Assembly: GCA_977017575.1 (NCBI GenBank)
Contig: CDRNVI010000140.1
Coordinates: 186,001 to 250,000 of the forward strand
Source: Paramoeba atlantica
Lineage: Eukaryota; Protista; Discosea
Direction of reading: 5' to 3'
Length of the DNA stretch: 64,000 bases
Of the stretch, positions 47,566 through 58,057 are shown piece after piece. The stretch's first letter is position 1; every line of letters starts with the position of its first letter. The position numbers and the translations under genes were made by a program. Below the pieces are notes generated by a model. It searched no databases. It worked only from the letters and a program-made list of their open reading frames with translations, and was not told the DNA's origin.

Positions 47566-48792
47566 ATGCAAAGTGTTGTAGGATTTGGAATAATCCTCGC
47601 TGTATTTTTCGATTTTTCTTGCGCATCTCCTTGTCTGAGACGGCCTCCTCGCAATGATACATCGGAGTTCTCTCTTATTCACGTTGGCAAAACTGGTGGG
47701 ACCACACTGATGGCTGTTCTTCCCAAGAAATTCGACATTCAAAGCGATTTCCACCTTTGCCAACCATCTCTCGAAGATGTGAAAGATCGACCTGTGATGG
47801 TAACAATCCGAGAACCAATTGCTCGAACTCTGTCAATTTGGAGATGGGGAAAATTCAAGTGTTCAAATCGCCCAGCTTGCTTTGGTGCTCCTCGAGAACT
47901 CTTTGAGTGTTTCCCCTTTCTTAATGACTATTTGGAAGCCAGAGGAAATTTGTCAAACAACAACAGAACGGGTTTAAGTGATTCTTGCCTCCAGTTTGCA
48001 GATTCTCCTGAAGTACCATCGCTCCATTGGAAATTCGATCATCGTTGGCACCTTGAAAAGTTCGATGAAGACTTTCTCAAAGAAGTTTTTCCTGTTCGTC
48101 AATCCAACTTGGTGGAGGATTTTGTTGCGTTTTGTTTGTATTTCAACTTCGAAAGAGAGAAGTGTTTCAACATGCAAGAGAAGCTGAGTTTGACACACAC
48201 AAATACAAAGTATCACACAGAACTAAAGGATTACTATCTTTCGAGTGAAGCAAGAGAGTTCTTGGAGTCTGAGTTGAAAGAGGAAATTGAAATGTACAAT
48301 CATCTTGCAAATATCACAAATGACAAAGTTCAAACGGTTTTTCAACGAGAAAAGAAAAGGAGAGATGAGACGGAGAGAAGAAAAGAAATCGAAAGGGAAA
48401 GACACAAAAAAACCATGAAAGAAAAGAAAAAAATTGAGATAAAAAAGAAAGAAGAGGACAAAAAGAGAAAAATGAATGAGAAAAAAGGAAAGGGGAAAAT
48501 AGAAGAGAGGAGAAAAGAAGAAGAGAAAAATAGAAACGAAGAGAAAGAAAAGTTGATAAAGGAAGAGAAAAACATGGAAAAAAAAGATGAAAAGAGAAAA
48601 GAGATTGAGGAAGAAGAGAAAAAAAGAATTGAAGAGAAAAAAATGTTGTTCAAGGAAGAGGAAAAGAGGAAAAAGAGAATTGAAGAAGAGAAGAAAAAGA
48701 TAAAAGAAAGAATCAAGAAAGAAGAGCAAGAGAGAAAAGAGAAGGAAGAGAGAGACAAGGAACAAGAAGAAGAATCAAAGAAGAAAGAGTAA
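47566..48792 (+). CDS. Sulfotransferase paralog; the TM tail lies beyond an in-frame TAA
   Basis: Near-identical catalytic domain to 45873-46955 with a longer coil; the same frame continues after TAA 48790-48792 to ...GFLFFFVFVICLNLSFCLWRK* at 48906. Confidence 0.82.
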   Translation: MQSVVGFGIILAVFFDFSCASPCLRRPPRNDTSEFSLIHVGKTGGTTLMAVLPKKFDIQSDFHLCQPSLEDVKDRPVMVTIREPIARTLSIWRWGKFKCSNRPACFGAPRELFECFPFLNDYLEARGNLSNNNRTGLSDSCLQFADSPEVPSLHWKFDHRWHLEKFDEDFLKEVFPVRQSNLVEDFVAFCLYFNFEREKCFNMQEKLSLTHTNTKYHTELKDYYLSSEAREFLESELKEEIEMYNHLANITNDKVQTVFQREKKRRDETERRKEIERERHKKTMKEKKKIEIKKKEEDKKRKMNEKKGKGKIEERRKEEEKNRNEEKEKLIKEEKNMEKKDEKRKEIEEEEKKRIEEKKMLFKEEEKRKKRIEEEKKKIKERIKKEEQERKEKEERDKEQEEESKKKE

Positions 48793-49072
48793 GAATGCAA
48801 GAAAAAGAAAAAAAAGATGGAGAGAAGAATTGAGAGAGCGGGATTTCTTTTCTTTTTTGTATTCGTCATTTGTTTAAATCTGTCTTTTTGTTTGTGGCGA
48901 AAATAAGGATCTGAAAAACTTTCCAAAAATAATAACTTAATGAGTCATCCCCAAAAATTAACTTTCTTCCTCTCTCTCTCTCTCTCTCCTTTGTAATATC
49001 CTTGCCCACCAACAAACAACTCCCTTTTTGATTTTGTTCTTTGGATTTTCATTCTTCTTCCTCTTTCAATTT

Positions 49073-49951
49073 TCATCTTTTGGCAGGTTTAACATTTACA
49101 ACATCATCTCTTTTCATAATTGCCTTGTGTCCACTTGAAGCAAAACTAACTGCTGGATACAATGGTTGTGAAATATCTTCTTTTGTTAATTTAAACGCAA
49201 CTCCTCGATCAACTCCATTATCACAAAACCGAATTTCTCTGAGTTGTTGTTGGAACAAAATTCAGAAAATGAAACTTGAAAAACAAAAACTAAATTCCAA
49301 ACCTTTCATTTGCAGAATATTCCATTTGCACAATGAAGAAATTTTTCTCGTTTGAAACTTCAAAAAAGATGTCAACACAAATAACCCCCCACAGTTTCAG
49401 AACAAAAACAAGAAAGTTTAAAAACAAAAAACAAGAAAGAAAACCTTCTTCCCAGATAGGACTGTAGGGAACCAACTTTTTGGAATGGTTCAATTTTCCT
49501 TCCACACTCCAACCCCATGATTTTTTTGTTGATCCTAAAAGGACAGGATAGCCGTTCCCTTTCCTTTTCATTTGAGAAAAGAGAGGGATAAGAGAAATTA
49601 GAAAAATGAAAAAGAGAACCGTGGAGAGGTTGATCAGAAATGCCAATTAGATAAGCTCTTCGAAAAATTGGTTGGCCATTAATGCGAACCCCAAATTCAA
49701 TTCGGAAATTTGAGGAAAAATCAAGTGGTTCTTCCCCAATTGCAACTTTTGTATCAGACTTTCAACATTTGAAAGAAAAAAATTAGAGAGAGAAAAGGAG
49801 GAGAGAAAAATTGCGCTAAAACCTTCTGAAAGTGAATCACTTTTTGTTCATGAGAGAAAGAAAAGAAGTTTTCAAATGGTTGCCAACGAAGACAACATGA
49901 AGAATCAATTGTTCTCTTGACAGAATTGTCCCACGTTACTTCATCAGCCAT
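49073..49951 (-). CDS. SPRY/B30.2-domain protein ending VKPAKR
   Basis: Exons give AIGEEPL, YLIGIS, LLGSTKKSWGW, IRFCDNGVDRGVAF, LYPAVSF (typical SPRY strands); ~5 exons. Confidence 0.78.
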
Positions 49952-50006
49952 CAACAAAACAAAAAAACAGAAAAAACAAAAAACAGAAAAAAGGTGAAAA
50001 AAAAAG

Positions 50007-50091
50007 TCCGGTCAACCGGAATCGAACCAGTGACCTAGAGATGTCTACAACTTGCTACAGTCTCCCGCTCTACCAGCTGAGCTATGACCGG
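50007..50091 (-). tRNA. tRNA-Tyr: tRNA-Tyr(GTA) with 12-nt intron
   Basis: Identical by eye to 5452-5536. Confidence 0.95.
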
Positions 50092-50176
50092 ATACTTGAA
50101 AAAATGACAAAAACGAATGTTGAAAAAGAATGATTTGGTGTATTTGAGTTTTGTTTGTTTTCTGTTTTTCTCTTTG

Positions 50177-51086
50177 ATGGGTGTTGGCCAATCGCGATCA
50201 AAAGAGGAAGAATGGGTGAATGGACTCTGCAAAATCGTGGTGGTGGGTTCCTTGAATGTGGGTTCTCGATTTTCTTTGAAGAAATTTCTCTTTTTTCGTA
50301 TTTTTTGACTGAAAACCAGGAAAGACAAGTCTCGTCTTCCGAGAAAAGGAGGGCTCGTGGACTGATGAACCGCCCTTTCTCTCCTCTGGTAAGAAGTGAA
50401 CCACCAAAGAGAAAAACAAGAAACAAATTCTCAAACTGAGTTCTTTATTTTCTAGAACTCTACGAAAACAAAGAGAAAGAATATTCAATTCAAGATACAG
50501 AAGGTGGTGGTGAAAGCCCTTTGGCCCGGTATTTTTCTTTGTTTCTTTTTACCTTTCCTTGTTCTTTCTTTTAAATTCGAACACTAGATTTCGAATTTTA
50601 AATTACCCCAACACAAATTGTTTTTTACTTTGCTTTTCTGTGGATTCTTCTCCGTCTTTAGACGCCATTATCTCAAAATGGTATCCTGAGGTTCTTTTTT
50701 TGAACACCAATTTTGATTTTCAAAAAGTCTGTGCACCGAGCAAAACTCTCTTTAAAGGTGAAAAAGTATGGACCACAGAACCCAAAAGCGAGAAAAATCG
50801 TTGTTGGACTAAAAAGTGACCTCCGAAAAGACAAGAGACACATCGAGGATCTTGGTTTTTTGAGAAGAAAAGAAAGAAGATCAAACAAATTCCAAACTAA
50901 TTCTTTGTCTATGTTTTTTTAGAAAAAAGAGGAGAGCGCCTTATCACACTTGAAGAAGGACAGAAAGTTGCCGATAGACTTTCTGTCCCTTACATGGAAT
51001 GCTCTGCTTTAACTGGGGAAGGAGTAGCAAATATATTTTTTGCTGCAAAAAATCAGCTTTTTGGTCCAAAACATGCTTCTTCTTAA
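50177..51086 (+). CDS. Atypical Rho-family small GTPase, N-terminal MGxxxS, no CAAX
   Basis: Spliced: MGVGQS...KIVVVGSLNVGKT...IQDTEGGG...YPNTNCFLLCFSVD...KWYPE...IVVGLKSDLRKD...YMECSALTGEGV...KHASS*. Confidence 0.82.
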
Positions 51087-51430
51087 ATTATGACAAAAAA
51101 ATCAGACAAAATAGAGATAGAGAAAACAAAATAATTTTATTCTCAATTTCGAAATTTGGTCTCCCAAACAACCCAAAACTCCAAATGAGAATAAAAAAAG
51201 ACATTAATTTACAAAAGGCAAGCCTCTCTCTCTTCTAGTTGGACTGGACTTGCATTTTCGCACCAAGATTGACAAGATCGGATCAATCTTGAAAAGATGA
51301 CCCCGTTGCCAAAAAATAAGAAATCACCAAGGACTCAAAAATGGTTTTGTCACTTTTGAGGACAGTTTGTTGCCACACTCCCATTCCTTCTTGAATACCC
51401 AAGCTAAAAATAAATGAGAATGAAAAAAAA

Positions 51431-52340
51431 AGAACCTTGCCAATTGTGTGAAGAGAAGATATTAGCTCGCGCCTTGTCAATGACTTTTATCCTTGTTTCA
51501 GAACAATTGTCATCTTGAACTCCGAGAATTCGATTCAAAAAACAGTTCAGGACAGAAAAGAAAGGACTTACATTGAAGAATTACCTTTTCAACCTTTTTC
51601 CTCGAAACTCGAAACTCTTTGGGTCGCGAAAACGAAAGATAACAGAGAGAAAGAACAAAAATCTGAGGGAAATGGGAGAGACCTCAGGAGAAGAATCAAA
51701 AGGAACCTATTATTCAATCTGGAGGAAAAAAGAAAAAGCAAACATGATAAAACTGAAATTGAATGAAAGTCGAGAGAAAAGACGGATCCAGGAAAACAGG
51801 AAAAGGAAACGTTGACTTGAAAAATGGAAAATCAAAGGGGAACAAAGCTTCTCTTTTTGGGAAGACAAACACAGAAAAACAGGAAAAGAAACGAAAACAC
51901 CTCAAAAAAACCAAAATAAAACCTTGCCGATTGTGTGAAGAGAAGATATTGGCGCCTTGTCAACGACTTTTATCCTTGTTTCAGAACAATCGTCATCTTG
52001 AACTCCGAATTCAAAAAAACAGTTCAGGACAGAAAAAAGAGGACTTACATTGAAGAATTACCTTTTCAACCTTTTTCCTTGAGACTCGAAACTCTTTGGG
52101 TCGCAAAAACGAAAGATAACAGAGAGAAAGAACAAAAATCTGAGGAAAATGGGATTATTATTCAATCCGGGGGAAAAAAAAAAGAAAAAGCAAACATGAT
52201 GAAGGTCGAGAGAAAAGATGGAACCAGGAAAACAGGAAAAGGAAACGTCGACTTGAAAAATGGAAAATCAAAGGGGAACAAAGCTTCTCTTTTTGGGAAA
52301 ACAAACACAGAAAAACAGAAAAAGAAACGGAAACATCAAG
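51431..52340. repeat. Two tandem copies of a ~420-490-bp unit of unknown nature
   Basis: Copies begin aaccttgcc.attgtgtgaagagaagatatt at ~51432 and ~51919; long identical blocks with indels; no consistent ORF between copies. Confidence 0.85.
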
Positions 52341-52641
52341 ATAAAAAACCTTGGGTTCAAAAGTCTAAAAATCAGATTTAGAAAATGGTGAAAAAAAAAA
52401 GAAAATAGCTGAAAATTCAAAAAAGACCTGCTACCCAAAAATTTCCTTTTTCTTTTCTCCTCTCTCGCGTTTGGTTTGCGTTGTTGTTGTTGTTGGGTTT
52501 CGTTTTGTCAAAGAAAATAATTTGATTTTATTTTTCGAGAACAAAAAAGTAAAAAAAAAACTCGATTAGCAATATGTTCCCTCCTCCTCCCCTCCTCCTC
52601 CTCCTCATTCTACTCAACCTCGACTCAAAAAAAATAATAAT

Positions 52642-54375
52642 TTAGGCGTACAGAGCGAATTCAGTGATGTTCAAAAGATTCTCACCAATAACTCCAGGAG
52701 TATCGGGATCGAGGTCCATATACAAATCGACAAAGTTTGTATTTGGAGCGTTGATGCATACAGACATGATGACATACGCACAAAAAGCAGAACACGGGAT
52801 GGAGAAAATCCATCCCAGACAAATGTAGGCGAGCATCTTCCAGTTGACAGCCTTCACATTCCCACTACACAGACCAACAGCAACTGTCGCTCCAGTGATA
52901 CAATGGGTGGTACTAACCGGCAACGACACCCCAGTAGCAGTGAGAATAGCAATAATCGATCCCATCTCCGCAGAAAATCCTCTCGAAGGAGAAAGCTTGG
53001 TCATGTTGGATCCTAAGTTGGCCATGATTCTCCAACTCAGAAGAAAAAGGCCAATGACGATCCCACCACCACCATAAGCGAGAATCCAAGTATCAACCTC
53101 GACCTCACCAGAGCTGGTACCGGTGTTCCAAATGGCGTACACAGTTGCCAAAGGAGCAACAGCATTCGCCACATCATTCGCTCCGTGGGCAAAGGAAGCA
53201 GTCGCACAAGAAAACAATTGAAGCCACTTGAAGAGATTCTCAGTTTTGGGATCGTAGTCTTTCACGTGAGAGTGGAGTTCTCTTTGTTCTTCATTTTTTG
53301 CCCCCTCGTAGTCTTGGTTGATCCCGTAGAGCACTGTCTTGTTGAGAAGTGCCATGGTTTTTCCTCCGCAAGTTGATTTTGTAACATCTTCTTCTGAATC
53401 AGTGTTCTCCGCATCATCATCAACAACAACAACCTCATCACCCCCCATCTCGTTCACCTCGTTCATCTCTTTCATCTCTTTTTCTCCCTCTTCTTCCAGT
53501 TTCTTCGCGTCCTTCTTTTCGTAGTATCGAACAATCGGGAGGAAAACAGCAACACTCAAGAAAGCCACGAAAAAAGAGGGTGGAAGAATGATGGCCATTT
53601 GAATACCAGGGTCTTTCTCATCCAAATTCAAACGAGGGCTTCCTTTGTAGACAAAGAAACACATAATCATGATTGTGGTGCAGAAAGCGTAGATGGGAGT
53701 CGCGATGGTGGCTTTTCGATAAGAATTCTGTCGTTCCAAAATACACAAACGAGTGACGGTGAAGATGAGGGCAGCCAAAACACCAGAGATAACTGGGCTC
53801 ATGACAAAGCCAAAGACGATTCGAGCAACACCGCTGTCGAAACCCCAATTAACTCCGTCTGCACCGTATACTGCAATTCCCATTCCAATCACACCACCCA
53901 CGATCGAGTGAGTTGTAGACACAGGCATTTTTATCGCCGTTGCAAAGGTATCCCACGTTCCACTACTCAAACAAGCGACGAACATTCCGAACATCAAGAG
54001 GTCCTGTCTGTTCGCGAAGAGATCCACGTCCACAATGTCTTTTCGAATCGTCGAAGAAACGTTGTTCCCCAAAGCAACCGCACCAAGAAACTCCGTAACA
54101 GAAGCAATCATCACCACACTTCTCATGGATAACAACCCACTTGCGATGGCCGAAGCGAATGAGTTTGCGACGTCGTTCGCACCAATGGCGAAAGCGGAAA
54201 GAAAAGCTGCTATCATGGTGAGAGCAAAAATCCACGTGAGCTGGTCTGCCTGTAAATCACAAAATACCAGGTCTGAGATAATTGGAATTGATTCCACATC
54301 GATAGTCCATGGCGAGGGAGAAGGGAAAAAGACATCTGAACCGCCAAACGGAGAAGGAGAAGGTAATGAGGCCAT
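52642..54375 (-). CDS. Inorganic phosphate transporter, PiT/SLC20/Pho89 family
   Basis: 577-aa intronless ORF with both PiT signatures (GANDVANS, HGANDVANA), PVSTTH twice, and many TM segments. Confidence 0.95.
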   Translation of the reverse strand: MASLPSPSPFGGSDVFFPSPSPWTIDVESIPIISDLVFCDLQADQLTWIFALTMIAAFLSAFAIGANDVANSFASAIASGLLSMRSVVMIASVTEFLGAVALGNNVSSTIRKDIVDVDLFANRQDLLMFGMFVACLSSGTWDTFATAIKMPVSTTHSIVGGVIGMGIAVYGADGVNWGFDSGVARIVFGFVMSPVISGVLAALIFTVTRLCILERQNSYRKATIATPIYAFCTTIMIMCFFVYKGSPRLNLDEKDPGIQMAIILPPSFFVAFLSVAVFLPIVRYYEKKDAKKLEEEGEKEMKEMNEVNEMGGDEVVVVDDDAENTDSEEDVTKSTCGGKTMALLNKTVLYGINQDYEGAKNEEQRELHSHVKDYDPKTENLFKWLQLFSCATASFAHGANDVANAVAPLATVYAIWNTGTSSGEVEVDTWILAYGGGGIVIGLFLLSWRIMANLGSNMTKLSPSRGFSAEMGSIIAILTATGVSLPVSTTHCITGATVAVGLCSGNVKAVNWKMLAYICLGWIFSIPCSAFCAYVIMSVCINAPNTNFVDLYMDLDPDTPGVIGENLLNITEFALYA

Positions 54376-54416
54376 TTGGAAATCAGTTTCTTTGAAATAA
54401 AGAATCTTCGCCCGTC

Positions 54417-54460
54417 GTCACAACGCGGGGAATCCTTGTCACGACGCGGATTGTCACGGA
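54417..54460. promoter_or_regulatory. Candidate cis-element repeat GTCAC[A/G]ACGCGG upstream of the phosphate transporter
   Basis: gtcacaacgcgg 54417, gtcacgacgcgg 54438 (21-bp spacing) and partial gtcacgg 54453; GC-rich in an AT-rich background. Confidence 0.35.
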
Positions 54461-55418
54461 ATTGCCGACAATTCCACAACTTCGAGGAAAAGTGGTCACA
54501 GAATGAAAAAAAGGGGAAGAGCCCAGTTTCCTTTGCTTGATGTTCCAAAGAATTCGTTTCAAGGAGTAAGAAAATTTCGAAGGTTTATTTTGTTTTTTTT
54601 CGATTAGAATCTCAAAATTATCTTTTTATCAAATAGGAAAAAGAAAAATGACACCGCAAGGCGCAATTTGTGCAATTTTGTCCCAATTCGAATTGCTTAA
54701 ATACCCCACTCCTTTCAACGGGCAGAATTTCATTATTGGAAGAAGGAAATGAAATTCATTCGAACAGTCTTTTCATATTCACCTTTTTGGTTTCTCAGAG
54801 GTTCAAATTTATTTCTTGTGACTCGCTGAAAAAAAATAGAAAATAAAATATTTTAAAATTACACAATCTCCATCTCCCTCAAAGACCCAAAAAGCCACTT
54901 GAAAAAAAAAAATTAAGAAAACGAGCCATAAATCTTGTGGGAGAAAGACAATGCAAAGAAAGTTTTCTTGATTGATGGGTGTGGGGGGATTGGGTTGAAA
55001 AAAGAGAGAGACAGAATAAGAGAGAGGGAGGGGACAATTTTGCACGCCTCTCAAACGAAACGAAAGAAGAAGGAAAAAGAAGCGGAGTTTTCCACAAACA
55101 CACGTAGTCTCCCGTATTTGGAAAGAATCAAACTTCGTTTTTTGTCGCTTTGGAAAACGTCAAAAGCTCCCTTTTCTCTTCGCACCTCTCTCCCCTCTCT
55201 CCCTTTCTCTTCAAACCCTCTCTCTCCATTCTCTCTCTTCTCCCTCTCTCCGACGCAGAGAGCCCTCTTTCTGTTTTCTCTATCTTTTTTTTGGAAAAGA
55301 AAAATCCAATTTGAATGTCAACTAAATTTTTGTTTTGAAAACTTTCGAATCTGAACTGCTGTGCCAAGAGAAAGAAGAGAAGAAAAATTTTTGTGGGACA
55401 GACCTGAATTCTTGAAAA

Positions 55419-55604
55419 CTAATTTTCACTTTTCGTTGGTTTGAGATTCGTTTTGAATTCTCATCAAAGAATTTATGGAACGAACCGGCAACTTTTTCAT
55501 CTTTTTTCCGACTCTGGATCACTTTCATCGACAAATCTGCAGAACCAACAACGGAAAGAAAAAAAGAAAAAAACGGGGACAGGCAGCAAAGTTGTTTCAA
55601 TCAT
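55419..55604 (-). pseudogene. 3' relic of an array gene (frameshifted KPAK tail)
   Basis: DEKVAGSFHKFFDENS followed by out-of-frame TNLKPTKSEN*; paralog of 56517-56741. Confidence 0.5.
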
Positions 55605-55871
55605 CGAACCAAAAACCTTTTTCTCTTCAAAAGTCAAAAAGACTAAAAACCTTTTAATTCATTTCTTGGAACAATCAAAGAGAAAAATTGGAAAGAACTT
55701 TTCGAGGAGCAAGAAAAGGAGAGAGAGAGAGAGAACGTTTTGTTTTACATCCACCATTCTGTTCCTCAGAAAAGAAGGGAAAGGGAAACCAAAGGTTTTT
55801 TCGAGTTAATATTTTTGAGTGTGCCAGAGCTCTCTTCTCACAGATTCTCACAGATTATTTTTCTCCATCTT

Positions 55872-56324
55872 CTATTTTTCTCTTTTTGCTGGTTTGAGAA
55901 CAATAGTTTGTGTATTCTCTTCAAAGAATCGATCCATCTTCGGAATAACCTTCTCATTGCCCCCAGCCCCAAACCCCCAAACACATCCTCTTTCTTCCAA
56001 TCTCAACCTTTTCACCATTTCTTCTTTCAACTCTCCATCTCTTTCCTCAACCCAAACATACAGAACCACCCCTTCAATCCCACCAAGACGAGAGACATCT
56101 TTCTCGAAAAGATCAATTGCTTCTTCAAAATACTGTTCTTCTTCAGAAAGGGTTTCTGGTGGGTAGAAAAGAATCCCTTGGCAATATTTAAAATCAGAAT
56201 CCAGATCCGAAAAGACTAAACTCAATTCTTTTTTTTTGTTTTCTTCGTTCAACCATGAAACAATATCCTTGTCACCAATCACCAAAATTTTTGGTTTTGA
56301 TTCACTTTCATCAATATCTGCCAT
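55872..56324 (-). CDS. KPAK-tail array gene D1 (150 aa)
   Basis: MADIDESESKPKILVIG...VSRLGGIEGVVLY...RLEERGCVW...VLKPAKREK*. Confidence 0.85.
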   Translation of the reverse strand: MADIDESESKPKILVIGDKDIVSWLNEENKKKELSLVFSDLDSDFKYCQGILFYPPETLSEEEQYFEEAIDLFEKDVSRLGGIEGVVLYVWVEERDGELKEEMVKRLRLEERGCVWGFGAGGNEKVIPKMDRFFEENTQTIVLKPAKREK

Positions 56325-56516
56325 CGTCTTTTTTCGTCCTCCCACCCCACAAGAAAGAAGAGAAAACAAGAAAAAGAATGAAGGGTTGAGTCTCAGTCTG
56401 GTTTTCCAGGACAATAAGGAATGTAGAAACCCTAATAAACAAGAAAAGGAGAGAAGAACAGAGAAAAACAACAGAAGAGAAAAGGAGAAAAAAAAGGTTC
56501 TCAGGAAAAAACGCAT

Positions 56517-56741
56517 TCACTTTTTCTCAAGGTTTTTTTTTGTCTCGTTCTTTTCCAAACTTTGGAAGAGTTCTTGATCTTCTATTTTTTTTCTCTTTTT
56601 TGCTGGTTTGAGATTTGTTTGTGAATTGTCATCAAAGAATTTATGGAACGAACCCGCAACTTTTTCATCTTTTTTCCAACTCTGGATCACGGAAAGAAAA
56701 AAAGAAAAAAGGGGGACAAGCAGCAAAGTTGTTTCAATCAT
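56517..56741 (-). pseudogene. 3' relic or possible 74-aa microprotein carrying the array KPAK tail
   Basis: MIETTLLLVPLFSFFLSVIQSWKKDEKVAGSFHKFFDDNSQTNLKPAKKRKK...; only the last helix and tail match the array genes. Confidence 0.4.
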
Positions 56742-56937
56742 CAAATTAAAAATCTTTTTCTCTTCAAAAGTCAAAAAACGAAAAGCTTTTAATTCATTTC
56801 TTCGAACAATCAAAGAGAAAAAATGGAAAGAACTTTTAGAGGAGCAAGAAAAGGAGAGAGAAGTGTTTTCGAGTTCATATTTTTGTGTGGGCGGCTCTCT
56901 TCTATGAGAATTCTTGAAGATTATTTTTCTCCATCTT

Positions 56938-57390
56938 CTATTTTTCTCTTTTTGCTGGTTTGAGAACAACAGTTTGTATATTCTTTTTAAAGAATTGATC
57001 CATCTTCGGAATAATCTTCTCATTGCCCCCAGCCCCAAACCCCCAAACACATCCTTTTTCTTTTAATCTCAAACTTTTCACCATTTTTTTTTTCAATTCT
57101 TCATCACTTTCCTCAACCCAAACATACAGAACCACCCCTTCAATCCCACCAAGACGAGAGACATCCTTCTCGAAAAGATCAATTGCTTCTTCAAAATGTC
57201 CTTCTTCAGAAAGGGTGTCTGATGGGAAGAAAAGAATCCCTTGGCAATCTTTGAAATCAGAATCCAGATCCGAAAAGACAAAACTCAATCCATTTAGTTT
57301 TTTTTTTTTGTTGAACCATGAAACAAGACCCTCGTCACCACCAATCACCAAAATTTTTGGTTTTGATTCACTTTCGTCAATATCCGCCAT
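56938..57390 (-). CDS. KPAK-tail array gene D2 (150 aa)
   Basis: Intact paralog ending VLKPAKREK*. Confidence 0.85.
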   Translation of the reverse strand: MADIDESESKPKILVIGGDEGLVSWFNKKKKLNGLSFVFSDLDSDFKDCQGILFFPSDTLSEEGHFEEAIDLFEKDVSRLGGIEGVVLYVWVEESDEELKKKMVKSLRLKEKGCVWGFGAGGNEKIIPKMDQFFKKNIQTVVLKPAKREK

Positions 57391-57639
57391 CGTCTTTCTT
57401 CCTCCTCCCCCACAAGAAAGAGAAAACAGAAGGGAGGGTTGGATGTTCGTCCTCCAAGACAACAAGGAATTACGAAAGAAGGAGATTAAAAAGCAAAGAA
57501 GAGAAAGAGAAAGAGAGAAAGAGAGAAAGAGAAGGAAACGAAAAAAAGGTTTTTCTGTTTGGGGGAAAAACGCAATATTTTTTCAGTTTTTTCAGTTTTT
57601 TCAGTTTTGTCTCCCTCTTTCCAAACTTTGGAAGAGATC

Positions 57640-58057
57640 TCAATCTTCTCTTTTTTCTCTTTTTGCTGGTTTGACAATCACTTGTAAATTCTCTTTAAAG
57701 AATTGATCCATCTTCGGAATAATCTTATCATTGCCCCCAGCCCCAAACTTCCAAACACATCCTCTTTCTTCCAATCTCAACCTTTTCACCATTTCAAACA
57801 TACAGAACCACCCCTTCAATCCCACCAAAACGAGAGACAGCTTTCTCGAAAAGATCAATTGCTTCTTCAAAATGTCCTCCATAAAAAAGGAAGGATGGTG
57901 GGGAGAAAAGAATCCCTTGGCAATCTTTGAAATCAGAATCCAGATCCGAAAAGACAAAACTCAATTCTTTTTGTCTGTTCAACCTTCCAACAATCCACGT
58001 ATCACCACCAATCACCAAAATTTTTGGTTTTGATTCACTTTCATCAATCTCCGCCAT
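57640..58057 (-). pseudogene. KPAK-tail array gene D3, frameshifting internal deletion
   Basis: Split over ORFs 57794-58120 and 57640-57957; the segment between VVLYV and MVKRLRL is deleted. Confidence 0.75.

Noticed and set aside
48789-48824. GTAAGA at the sulfotransferase stop as a donor that would splice out the TAA
   Set aside because: The nearest frame-restoring AG gives a 36-nt all-purine intron, unlike any intron in this window.
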